Shown piece by piece: positions 10,689 through 18,915 of a DNA stretch of 64,000 bases. Position 1 is the stretch's first letter. Each line of letters begins with the position of its first letter. Location of the stretch: NCBI GenBank assembly GCA_049510745.1, contig JBEKYR010000016.1, positions 1 to 64,000 on the forward strand. The letters are read 5' to 3'. The notes beneath the pieces are model-generated. The model had not been told where the DNA came from. It ran no database searches and saw nothing but the letters and a program-made list of their open reading frames with translations. The DNA comes from Verrucomicrobiota bacterium (GTDB lineage: Bacteria > Verrucomicrobiota > Verrucomicrobiia > Limisphaerales > Palsa-1400). The position numbers and the translations under genes were made by a program.

Positions 10689-10707
10689 GTGCTATCATTG
10701 ATAGCAC
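10689..10707. promoter_or_regulatory. Perfect palindrome GTGCTATCA-T-TGATAGCAC over the -10 of the antitoxin gene; likely RHH autoregulatory operator
   Basis: Ends 9 nt before ATG 10717; TTGCGT (10671) -N16- TATCAT (10693). Confidence 0.7.
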
Positions 10708-10716
10708 GATTTCAAT

Positions 10717-10953
10717 ATGGCACAACTGATTGTCAGACAAATTGAAGATAGGGTAGTGAAAAGGCTCAAAGCGCAGGCCGGACGGCATGGAGTGTCGATG
10801 GAAGAAGAGCATCGGCGCATTCTGCGCCAAGCCCTGATGGGAAACGCGGCCAAGAGGCCGTCTTTCAAGGAGCATCTCTTGCGGATGCCGGACGGCGGCC
10901 CGGATGATCTGTTTGATCGGAACCAAGACTTTGGTCGCAAGGTGAATTTGTGA
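10717..10953 (+). CDS. FitA/Arc-like ribbon-helix-helix antitoxin
   Basis: MAQLIVRQIEDRVVKRLKAQAGRHGVSMEEEHRRIL; GTGA overlap with the PIN gene. Confidence 0.88.
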   Translation: MAQLIVRQIEDRVVKRLKAQAGRHGVSMEEEHRRILRQALMGNAAKRPSFKEHLLRMPDGGPDDLFDRNQDFGRKVNL

Positions 10954-11333
10954 CCGGCTATTTGTTGGACACGATCGTTCTCAGCGAGGCCCGGAAACGG
11001 TAGCGCGCCGATCCGAAGGTTTTGAAATGGTTTGAGTCCGTCGATGAGGGTGAACTTTTCCTGAGTGTGCTGGTGTTGGGGGAAATCCGCAGAGGCGTCG
11101 AACAGGTCCGCTCTTCCGACCCTGCCAAGGCGACAACTCTGGAACAGTGGTTGAATCATACAGAGCAGACGTATGCGGATCGAATCCTGCCAATTACTGC
11201 CAATATCGCTGCCGAATGGGGACGCTTGAGCGCCATACGCCCATTCTCGACTGTGGATGGCCTGCTGGCCGCCACAGCACTGGTGCATGATCTAACCTTC
11301 GTCACCCGGAATGTCCAGCACGTATCCCACACG
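10950..11333 (+). pseudogene. vapC: VapC/PIN toxin, 5' part: in-frame TAG at 11001-11003 and interrupted after 11333
   Basis: MTGYLLDTIVLSEARKR*RADPKVLKWF...LGEIRRG...DGLLAATALVHDLTFVTRNVQHVSHT; usual DTN reads DTI. Confidence 0.88.
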
Positions 11334-11412
11334 CCTCGCCCAGGAACAGAAGTCCGCCGAGCCAAATCAACAATCGCTTTTTAACGGATAATCGGATACT
11401 CCTCACAACTAT

Positions 11413-11823
11413 ATGGCCGAACGACATGGACGCTATTACCTCTCTCGAGTTGTGAAACACGGCAATTTAACCGACGAAACCTTGATTGCACAGATATTGA
11501 ATGCACCCGTCCGAAATGTCGGCAAATACGCATGGGCTATTACCGATATAAAAGACGGAAGAAACGAAACGCCGCCGTACGTGTTCGGGAAGTTGACAAA
11601 ATATTCGACCGAGGGCCGCGTGACCGTCGTCGATCCCACCAAGCGATCGCAAATCGAAGCACCTGCTCCCAATTTGCTTGTTGCCAGTTCACCGTTCGTT
11701 TACCAATCAGGTCTCCTGATTACGTGTGTCGCCGGAGGATTAACGGATGCGGCCACCCTGTATTTCGCCCACATCAGGGTGGAGGAATTATTTCGTGAAA
11801 ACTCGGGAGTTGAAGTGGGTTGA
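11413..11823 (+). CDS. Hypothetical protein, lower GC, probably a 5' remnant of a larger cargo gene
   Basis: 136-aa ORF; protein-like up to about SPFVY; no family recognised with confidence. Confidence 0.45.
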   Translation: MAERHGRYYLSRVVKHGNLTDETLIAQILNAPVRNVGKYAWAITDIKDGRNETPPYVFGKLTKYSTEGRVTVVDPTKRSQIEAPAPNLLVASSPFVYQSGLLITCVAGGLTDAATLYFAHIRVEELFRENSGVEVG

Positions 11824-11855
11824 CAAACGGTTGACGAATGGTGTATAGTTTTAAC

Positions 11856-12476
11856 ATGAGCAATACGAAGACAATGCAGGCTGGCCCAAGAGGCGGCGAA
11901 TTGGCGTCGCTGCTGAATCAATTGACCGAACAGAAAGCGCAAATAGAGCGTCTGTTGGGCAGGGTGGAGGATGTTCTGCGCAGGGTGAATTTTTCCGGCA
12001 AGGCAGTCCACGCACATGGCCAGCACATTGGAGATATTCAAGAAACATTCGATCGTGGGGTGTATTTTCCAGGCAAAGCGGGCGGCATCGCCTCGGTGCG
12101 CAAAAGTCCTTTGGACCAAGTGAAGGCGGTTATCGAATCCACGGCGGATTTGCGGGAGGCGAATGGGAATTTGTCCGCCGCGCGGGTGGCGAGGGTGTTT
12201 GGGGTGAGCTTGAGCCAGCTTGCTGAGTGGTTGGGGAGGACAAAGCAGGCGTTAAGCAAGACGCCGGACGCGGATTCCTTGCAGGAGCCGCTGGGCTGCT
12301 TCGAGCGCGTGGCACGGCTGCGGATGATCACCCACGGCGACGGCGAATTCCGAAAATGGCTGCGCACGCCGCATGAATTGCTCGACAACGCTCCGCCAAT
12401 GGAGTTGCTGGCCCGGCGCGAGTGGCAGGCCCTGGCGGATTATGTCGAGGACATCCTGACCGGAAATCCGGGATGA
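11856..12476 (+). CDS. Xre/MbcA/ParS-type antitoxin with N-terminal coiled-coil extension
   Basis: HTH (VARVFGVSLSQLAEWLG) and C-terminal KWLRTPHELLDNAPPMELL; ATGA overlap with RES gene. Confidence 0.85.
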   Translation: MSNTKTMQAGPRGGELASLLNQLTEQKAQIERLLGRVEDVLRRVNFSGKAVHAHGQHIGDIQETFDRGVYFPGKAGGIASVRKSPLDQVKAVIESTADLREANGNLSAARVARVFGVSLSQLAEWLGRTKQALSKTPDADSLQEPLGCFERVARLRMITHGDGEFRKWLRTPHELLDNAPPMELLARREWQALADYVEDILTGNPG

Positions 12477-13033
12477 AAGCACCCCGCGCAATTGCGGCCG
12501 CGCTGCCATCGGCGCCGGCCCGGAAGCTGTGGGCGACCTTGGTTCGCAGAGTGCCGCTGTCGCCGCTCATCGAGCCGGGCGCAGTGGATTACCTTTTCAC
12601 GTCCGGCCGGCCTTATCGCTTTAATACCGCTGGAGTGAGGTGTGTTTATTTCGCGGAGGACGAGGCCACCGCCGCCGCCGAATACGAACGCCATACCCGG
12701 CCACTGCGCCAGCCCTTTGCCACATTTTTCGCGGAAGTGGAACTGGCCGCGGTACTGGACCTATGCTCCGCGGGAACCCTGAAAGCCCTGAGCCTTACCC
12801 CGCGCGACCTTCAAGCCAACTGGGCTCGCGCAAAAAGGCCGACGGCGGCCCAACTCCTGGGCGAAGCGGTGAGTCAACAAGTTCGGCTCGCCGCGATACG
12901 CTATCCATCCGACGCCGCGCGGATGAAGGGATTTGCCGGAGCCAACGTGGTAATTTTTCATGACAGTTTGCGCCGTCCCGACCACGTCCATATCCTCGGC
13001 CCCACAAAAAAGCCGCTGCAGAAGTGGCCCTAA
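12473..13033 (+). CDS. RES-domain toxin (NAD+ phosphorylase/ADP-ribosyltransferase fold)
   Basis: GRPYRFN, CVYFAEDEATAAAE, VLDL, IRYPS, NVVIF. Confidence 0.85.
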   Translation: MKAPRAIAAALPSAPARKLWATLVRRVPLSPLIEPGAVDYLFTSGRPYRFNTAGVRCVYFAEDEATAAAEYERHTRPLRQPFATFFAEVELAAVLDLCSAGTLKALSLTPRDLQANWARAKRPTAAQLLGEAVSQQVRLAAIRYPSDAARMKGFAGANVVIFHDSLRRPDHVHILGPTKKPLQKWP

Positions 13034-13054
13034 ACAAACTTTTTCCTAACCCCA

Positions 13055-13156
13055 ATGGCGATCACCAACCATGAACGAATCGGAAAGTGCCTCGAACAAC
13101 TGGCCGCAGGCCTGCAACCGTTTGTCGAGCGCGATTTGAAAAACACCTACCAGGGC
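13055..13156 (+). pseudogene. N-terminal stub (about 34 codons) of a Swt1-like HEPN / DUF499 AAA+ ATPase defence gene
   Basis: MAITNHERIGKCLEQLAAGLQPFVERDLKNTYQG matches the N-terminus I recall for this family; similarity ends abruptly. Confidence 0.65.
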
Positions 13157-13202
13157 GCGAAGGCCAATCGGCGGCCGGACTGCGGCCCTGGTAGGAAGTT
13201 GT

Positions 13203-13238
13203 CACACGGGTGTGAAGCTGCTCAACCCGTTCGATTGA
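13203..13238 (+). pseudogene. vapC: VapC/PIN toxin, displaced 3' end
   Basis: CAC ACG GGT GTG AAG CTG CTC AAC CCG TTC GAT TGA = HTGVKLLNPFD*, the canonical VapC C-terminus. Confidence 0.85.
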
Positions 13239-14138
13239 TTATCGACCGATTCTTTTGGCCAGCGGCAGGGCGCCCCAGATGATGCCCATGATCAGGCCCA
13301 CGCCGTGCGCCCCGTTGGCAACCGTGCCGCCGAGAAGCCCGAACAGGCACAGAAAGAACCATACCAGCATCATTGCCACCGTCATGGGAGAAAGGGCCAG
13401 GCCGGAGGCGGGATCAGATTGGCTGCGCACCCAGATGTAGCCAAAAATCCCGTAGAGCACGCCGGACATGCCGCCGAAATAGGGGTTGAACAGGAGGTAT
13501 TGACCCAGATTGGACCCAAGGGCCAGCACCAGAACCATCAGCGCGAGTTTCCTGGTTCCCTGGCAGAACTCGACCATGCCCCCCAGATCGCGCAAGACGA
13601 GCATGTTAAAAATCAGGTGCATGGGGCCGAAATGAATGAAGATGGGCGTGAACAAGCGCCAGATTTGTCCCGACCGCACCTCCGGCAACCATCCCCGATT
13701 CCATTCGCTGATCAAAAGCCAGTGAACCGCTTGCAGGGTGGGAGTCAAACCCGAAAAGACCGTCACCAAAACACAGACCACGATCAGAGAAAGCGTCAAG
13801 GGCATCGAGCCTGATCGGTTCCAGATTTGCGCGCGAGTGCGAATCCGGTCGGCGGCGGCAGCCTCTTCGCGGCGGCGGCGTTGTTCAAGGCCGGCGGCGG
13901 CTTCTGCCGCGCGCCGGTATCTGAGGTCGCCCGGGTTCTGCAGGAAAGCCGCCAAAGCCTGGTGCCCCGCTTCGATCTGGTCTTCGGAATGAATCCAGAC
14001 CCCCCAGCCATCGGAGTCGGGTTCGACTTGGTTGCGGATGTCGAGCGAGAGCAGGTAACCGGCAAAGGTCCTGGCACTGCCTTCGTTTTTCAAATGACCA
14101 ATCAGGCGCATGAATCGCGGAATTGAAAAGTGGCGCAT
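13239..14138 (-). CDS. glpG: Rhomboid intramembrane serine protease with GlpG-type N-terminal domain
   Basis: WRLFTPIFIH, HLIFNM, catalytic GMSG, ANGAHGVG; start may be at MRLIG. Confidence 0.9.
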   Translation of the reverse strand: MRHFSIPRFMRLIGHLKNEGSARTFAGYLLSLDIRNQVEPDSDGWGVWIHSEDQIEAGHQALAAFLQNPGDLRYRRAAEAAAGLEQRRRREEAAAADRIRTRAQIWNRSGSMPLTLSLIVVCVLVTVFSGLTPTLQAVHWLLISEWNRGWLPEVRSGQIWRLFTPIFIHFGPMHLIFNMLVLRDLGGMVEFCQGTRKLALMVLVLALGSNLGQYLLFNPYFGGMSGVLYGIFGYIWVRSQSDPASGLALSPMTVAMMLVWFFLCLFGLLGGTVANGAHGVGLIMGIIWGALPLAKRIGR

Positions 14139-14283
14139 TTACGGCGCGAACAACAGCAAAAATGATTTACGGCGGGAACAAAAGGAGAATTGGGAACCGG
14201 CGCCGGGAGCGGTTTTTGGGAGAGCAGGGGATCGTTTCGTTCGAGAAACCCTTGAAGTGCAAGATCTAAAGAGGCACAACGTT

Positions 14284-14300
14284 TGTCGGAGGGCTTTACA
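14284..14300 (+). promoter_or_regulatory. Putative enhancer TGT-N11-ACA containing TTTACA (PEP-CTERM box-like)
   Basis: TGTCGGAGGGCTTTACA about 115 bp upstream of a sigma54 promoter. Confidence 0.5.
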
Positions 14301-14415
14301 CTTTTGTAAGGTGAACCTCCGCCCCGCTTTTTCGCTTGCAAATTTCACCAATATAAACCATATATAATAAAGGAATAATTGGGACCGTCTCATCATGGGA
14401 CACGCAAGGCTGCGA

Positions 14416-14431
14416 TGGCATCGGAATTGCT
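14416..14431 (+). promoter_or_regulatory. Sigma54 (-24/-12) promoter
   Basis: TGGCATCGGAATTGCT has GG-N10-GC spacing, upstream of the PEP-CTERM gene. Confidence 0.7.
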
Positions 14432-14502
14432 TGGTTAGAGGGGGTTCTCAATTTCGCGGGGGCAACCTGAAAAGCCGAAATTGAGACCAAGAAGATAATA
14501 AT

Positions 14503-15228
14503 ATGACAACTTCGATAAAGCTGGCCGCAGTGGTGGCGATAGGAATGGCGTCGGTTTCCCCAAGCGCCATGGCAAACGCCGTCGTTTTGACGCAACCCCC
14601 TTATTCCTACGACGTCGGCGGAGAGTTCAACGCGGTGACTTCGCCGGACAACTTCCTGCCCAATTACTCCCCGCAGGCCATCGTCGGAAACGGCTTTCAG
14701 ACTTTTTGCGTTGAGACGAGGGTGGATTTTTACCCTACCGCCACCTATAGTTACACTTTGAGCGACGTTGCTGTGGGCGACCCAGTCACCGGCCCAGTCG
14801 ATCTCTCCAAAGGAGCCGCCTTCCTGTATTATCAGTTCGCCAAGGGCATTCTGCCGGGATACGATTACACGGATCCAGACACGCGCAAGGCCGATGCGGG
14901 CGAATTGCAATCGGCGCTCTGGTGGTTTCAAGGCGGGCAAACTTACGGGGGCTATCCCGATCCGATCACGGATCCTTTTTACATCTACGCAGTTGATACA
15001 CTCGGCCTTCAAAACGCCGACGCCCCCAACAACGGGGCCTACGGAGTCGATGTCCTGCAAATGTGGAGTGGCGATCTGCAACCCGCGCAGAACCAACTGG
15101 TTCTGGTGCCGGACAACACTTCCACGCTCCTGCTGCTGGGCGCCGGTTTGGGCGTTGTGATGTGGACTGCTCCCCGCCTTCGCACCGCGCCGGCGCGCCG
15201 GGGTGCGAGACGAGGACGCCAATCCTGA
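14503..15228 (+). CDS. Secreted PEP-CTERM-family (VPDSG-CTERM-like) surface protein
   Basis: Signal peptide; FQTFCVE, LQSALW, AQNQL; C-terminal VPDNTSTLLLLGAGLG plus TM segment and Arg-rich tail. Confidence 0.85.
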   Translation: MTTSIKLAAVVAIGMASVSPSAMANAVVLTQPPYSYDVGGEFNAVTSPDNFLPNYSPQAIVGNGFQTFCVETRVDFYPTATYSYTLSDVAVGDPVTGPVDLSKGAAFLYYQFAKGILPGYDYTDPDTRKADAGELQSALWWFQGGQTYGGYPDPITDPFYIYAVDTLGLQNADAPNNGAYGVDVLQMWSGDLQPAQNQLVLVPDNTSTLLLLGAGLGVVMWTAPRLRTAPARRGARRGRQS

Positions 15229-15285
15229 TTTTTTGCGCCTGCGGCGGTGCTGCCAGTTGGGTGATTCATCGCAAAGTGGTTGAAT

Positions 15286-15333
15286 GCCTTCGGCGGGGCG
15301 CCGAAGGCGGCGGACGAGGGCGTCCGCGCTCCC
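15286..15333. repeat. REP-like double hairpin ending in GCTCCC
   Basis: GCCTTCGGCG..CGCCGAAGGC then GCGGACG..CGTCCGC-GCTCCC; same architecture at 20077-20122. Confidence 0.6.
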
Positions 15334-15543
15334 CAATCCTTCTGCGTTGTTGGCATAGAGGGCGGGGATGCTGCGTTGCGGCGTTCGGTCGGCGCGCCGG
15401 CCCCCCCTTTCCAGCCCACCGAAGACCGAAGCATTCCCGGTTCCGCAAAAACTCCGCTGGCAAATTCCGTGAGATTTGTTATTTTGTGGCAGTTTGGGAC
15501 TGGTGATGGCCCGAAAACACCGGAGAAATAGCAAATTAAGTTA

Positions 15544-18159
15544 ATGAGATTTCGATTTTTGTTCGCGCCCGGCCGCCTGGCTTTGGCCTTCGGCTGCGGC
15601 CTGTTCTTCCTCCATGCCCAAGGCGCCTTGCCGGCTGACATCCACACGCCGGCGCAAATGCTCGAGTCGAAAGACCCGACAGACGCGAACATCGCGGAGA
15701 TGACCGCCGACGTGCTCCAGACCTGGCATTATTCGCAGCATCCGTTCGACCAGGAGATCGCCGGCAGATTCCTGGATCGTTACCTGGACATGCTCGATTA
15801 CTATCACATGTATTTCCTGCGGTCCGATCTGGATGAGTTTGCGACGTACCGCACCAACCTCAATAGGCTCACGCTCAAGGAGCACGATCTGCGCCCGTGC
15901 TGGGTGATCTTCGCGCGTTTCATGGAGCGCGCCAATCAGCGCGTCGGTTTCGTCACCAACTTGGTGGCGACTGAGAAGTTTGACTTCAACGGGCAGGACC
16001 GTTTCATCGTCAACCGCCACGCGCTGCCCTACGCGCGGGACATCGATCAGGCGCGGGAGTTTTGGCGCCAGGAATTGCGCTGCGAATACCTTGATCAATT
16101 GCTCTCGGCGCCGGACATCCAGTTCTCCGGCCCCGTCAGCCGTGACGCTGACGGCAAGGTCGTTGTCTCCTTGAAGCGAGACAAGGGGCATCCGTTGAGT
16201 TTTGAGTTTTTGCCGAAATCATTGCTGGCCAAGGACGGACATACGTTCGGCCTGCTGGAGGTGGCCACCGATCAATCCAACGCGACCTTGCGCCTGGACC
16301 TTCCCATGGAGGGGAATCTTCGGAAGGTGACCAACAGCTTTGTGTCCGCGACGGGCGAGAATCTGGGCGGGGTGAGCTTTCACCGCGAGAAAAGCGAAAC
16401 AAACGAAGCGGCGGCGGCAAGACCTGTTGCCGCCGGGACCAATCTCGACGCGGTCATCCGGCTGAACCAAAAGAACACGGCCGAGATTCACAAGACGCTG
16501 ACCAATCATTACGCCCAGTTGCTCAAGAATTACAAGGAACTGGACAGCGACCGTGTGTTCGAGATGTACCTCAATTCGCTCGCCCGCGCCTACGATCCGC
16601 ATTCCGATTACATGGGCCACATGCAGGCGGAGAATTTCGCCATCCAGATGAAGCTCTCGCTCTTCGGCATTGGCGCGCTGCTGGGCAGCGAGGATGGCTA
16701 CTGCAAGATTTCCGAACTCAAAGAGGGGCCGGCGCAGAGAAGCGGCCAGGTCCATGAGGGTGACCGCATCGTCGCCGTGGCCCAGCACAACGCCGAGCCG
16801 GTGGACGTGGTCGGCATGCCGTTGGACAAGGTGGTGGAAATGATCCGCGGGCCAAAAGGCACGGAGGTGACACTGACGCTCATTCCGGCAGGGGCGGCCG
16901 ACTCGACCGTGCGCAAGGAAGTGGTGCTCGTGCGGGACGAGATCAAATTGGAAGATCAAGCCGCCAAGGCGCGCCTCTACGAAACGCCCCGGGACGCCGG
17001 GCCGCCCTCGCGCATCGGGGTGATCGATTTGCCTTCCTTTTACGCCGACACGGAGTCGCCAAACTTGACGGGGGATTTCGGGCGGGTCACCGCCAAAACG
17101 ACCACCGCGGACGTGACCCGGCTGATCAAGCGGCTGAAACAGGAGAAGGTCTCCGGCATCATCCTGGATCTGCGGCGCAACGGCGGGGGCTACCTTGAGG
17201 AAGCGATCAAGCTGACCGGCTTGTTTATCACGCGGGGTCCGGTGGTGCAGACCAAGGACCCCAACGGGGACATTGTGACCGATTCGGACCCCGATCCTTC
17301 GGTGCTCTATGATGGGCCGCTGATCGTGTTGACGAGCCGTTTCAGCGCGTCGGCCTCGGAGATTCTGGCCGGGGCGTTGCAGGATTACAACCGGGCGTTG
17401 ATCGTGGGCGATCACTCGACGTTTGGCAAGGGGACGGTGCAAACGGTGCAGCGCCTGAAGCCCTATTTGGAGCAAAAACACCTGAGCTACAATACAAACG
17501 AGGATCCCGGTTCCCTCAAGTTGACGATCAAGAAATTCTACCGCGCCGGCGGGGTTTCGACCCAGTTGAAGGGGGTGGTTTCGGACATCCAATTGCCCTC
17601 CGTTTGGAATCACGCCAGCGACGAGGTGGGCGAGAGTTCGCTGCCCAACGCCTTGCCGTGCGACGAGGTGCCCAGCGCCGATCCGGAGAACCTCAATCGC
17701 GTCAAACCCTACCTGGCGGAGTTGGAGGGACTTTCGGCCCGACGCCTGGCCACGAACACGGATTTTGGCTACGTCCAGCAAGACATCGAGCAATTCGTCA
17801 AGGAACAGGCCGACAAGAGCATTTCGTTGAACCAGGCGGTGCGATTGGCCGAGCAAAAGGCCAGGACCGAGCGCGCGGAAGCGAGAAAGAAAGAACACCT
17901 CTCGCGCAAGAAATCGGATGAGAAGCTGTATGAAATCACGTTGAAAAACGTGGACCTGGCCCAACTCCAACCCCCGGCCGTGAAGACCAATGCCGTCGCG
18001 GCCCTCAAAGCCTCCGATTTCGACGATGACCCCGACGTGCCGGACGCCGAAGCCTCCAGCGGCGAGGGCACCGATCCGACGCTGGACGAAGCACGGCGCA
18101 TAATGAGCGATTACGTTGCGCTGATGAACAGGGAGCCGGTCATTTCCAAGGCGCCGTAA
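15544..18159 (+). CDS. prc: Carboxy-terminal processing protease (S41A, Prc/Tsp)
   Basis: YDPHSDY, GIGA PDZ entry, IRGPKGT, DLRRNGGG, SASASEI, TFGKGTVQ, KFYRAGG. Confidence 0.93.
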   Translation: MRFRFLFAPGRLALAFGCGLFFLHAQGALPADIHTPAQMLESKDPTDANIAEMTADVLQTWHYSQHPFDQEIAGRFLDRYLDMLDYYHMYFLRSDLDEFATYRTNLNRLTLKEHDLRPCWVIFARFMERANQRVGFVTNLVATEKFDFNGQDRFIVNRHALPYARDIDQAREFWRQELRCEYLDQLLSAPDIQFSGPVSRDADGKVVVSLKRDKGHPLSFEFLPKSLLAKDGHTFGLLEVATDQSNATLRLDLPMEGNLRKVTNSFVSATGENLGGVSFHREKSETNEAAAARPVAAGTNLDAVIRLNQKNTAEIHKTLTNHYAQLLKNYKELDSDRVFEMYLNSLARAYDPHSDYMGHMQAENFAIQMKLSLFGIGALLGSEDGYCKISELKEGPAQRSGQVHEGDRIVAVAQHNAEPVDVVGMPLDKVVEMIRGPKGTEVTLTLIPAGAADSTVRKEVVLVRDEIKLEDQAAKARLYETPRDAGPPSRIGVIDLPSFYADTESPNLTGDFGRVTAKTTTADVTRLIKRLKQEKVSGIILDLRRNGGGYLEEAIKLTGLFITRGPVVQTKDPNGDIVTDSDPDPSVLYDGPLIVLTSRFSASASEILAGALQDYNRALIVGDHSTFGKGTVQTVQRLKPYLEQKHLSYNTNEDPGSLKLTIKKFYRAGGVSTQLKGVVSDIQLPSVWNHASDEVGESSLPNALPCDEVPSADPENLNRVKPYLAELEGLSARRLATNTDFGYVQQDIEQFVKEQADKSISLNQAVRLAEQKARTERAEARKKEHLSRKKSDEKLYEITLKNVDLAQLQPPAVKTNAVAALKASDFDDDPDVPDAEASSGEGTDPTLDEARRIMSDYVALMNREPVISKAP

Positions 18160-18256
18160 TTTTTAAGGGAGAAGGAGGAAGGATGAAGGAAGAAGTCCAT
18201 AAATGATGGCAACGAGCAGTTGATGAGCCGGGGCGAGCGCCGGGAAGCGGCCTTTT

Positions 18257-18357
18257 CTGGCGGTGCGGTGCGAAACGACCATGCCGCTGAAATGGATCTG
18301 CGGCCGGCTGGAGACGGGGCCTTGAATTCCGTCCATCGGAAGCTCTGTAAACGCTGA
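18257..18357 (+). pseudogene. Degenerate C-terminal remnant of an HUH/Y1 (RAYT-like) transposase
   Basis: LAVRCETTMPLKWICGRLETG(P), then frameshift to NSVHRKL; resembles the RETTMxLKWIAxRLxMG tail I recall for these transposases. Confidence 0.6.
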
Positions 18358-18392
18358 CAGACAAAATGTTGACATGCTGGAACCGACGTTTT

Positions 18393-18845
18393 ATGCGGCG
18401 TAAAATTCGGATAGCTCTGTGGTCAATTCTTGGACTGGTTATATTGGTATATGTGGCGTCGGGCTACATTCTGATATGTATAGACAAAGGTAGGCACTAC
18501 TATATGGAGAATATTGCTGTTGGAGTAATACATTACAGTGATATGCACAGTCGTCTTCCAGCGTCCCTTGACGAGTTGGCATCCGATCATTTTCTTCCCA
18601 GCAGAAGTGACAATTATGCATGCCCGCTGCAGAACGGCCGGTTTTTCTTTCTCCCGAAGGTCGATCTGACAAATGTACAGTACGAGATCGACTTTAACCG
18701 TACGAATGTCGTTATTCGCTTTCAGCCGGGTGTCCGAAAATTTCTGAGGTGGGTTGTGATAGACAAGGATCTTCCAAACCTGGATTTGACAATTGGGCCA
18801 AACGACAGCCGCATGAGTGTCCCACGTGATCACAGATTCCACTGA
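18393..18845 (+). CDS. Low-GC orphan protein with N-terminal membrane anchor
   Basis: MRRKIRIALWSILGLVILVYVASGYILI then LPASLDEL..YACP (weakly pilin/GspG-like); visibly AT-richer than flanks. Confidence 0.7.
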   Translation: MRRKIRIALWSILGLVILVYVASGYILICIDKGRHYYMENIAVGVIHYSDMHSRLPASLDELASDHFLPSRSDNYACPLQNGRFFFLPKVDLTNVQYEIDFNRTNVVIRFQPGVRKFLRWVVIDKDLPNLDLTIGPNDSRMSVPRDHRFH

Positions 18846-18915
18846 CCTTTCGGTCTTTCGGGCACAAATTTGACACGAAGGCCAGAAAACTTTGCGTCGA
18901 AGGACAGAGGGTCCC

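Larger units (their letters stand above)
11334..13202. mobile_element. Eroded integrative element inserted in vapC, flanked by CACACG direct repeats
   Basis: CACACG at 11328-11333 and 13203-13208; removing the insert and one repeat rejoins the vapC frame. Confidence 0.75.

Noticed and set aside
11001..11003. In-frame TAG in vapC as possible pyrrolysine or readthrough recoding
   Set aside because: The gene is also split by an insertion and has a changed DTN motif, and TAG is an ordinary stop elsewhere in the window, so this is decay.
13239..15228. Rhomboid as the sorting enzyme for the adjacent PEP-CTERM-type protein
   Set aside because: The protease is GlpG-like and the tail is an exosortase-type signal, not GlyGly-CTERM. 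Adjacency alone is insufficient.
16108..16470. Intein in Prc
   Set aside because: No N-terminal C/S or C-terminal HN splice motifs and no LAGLIDADG blocks.
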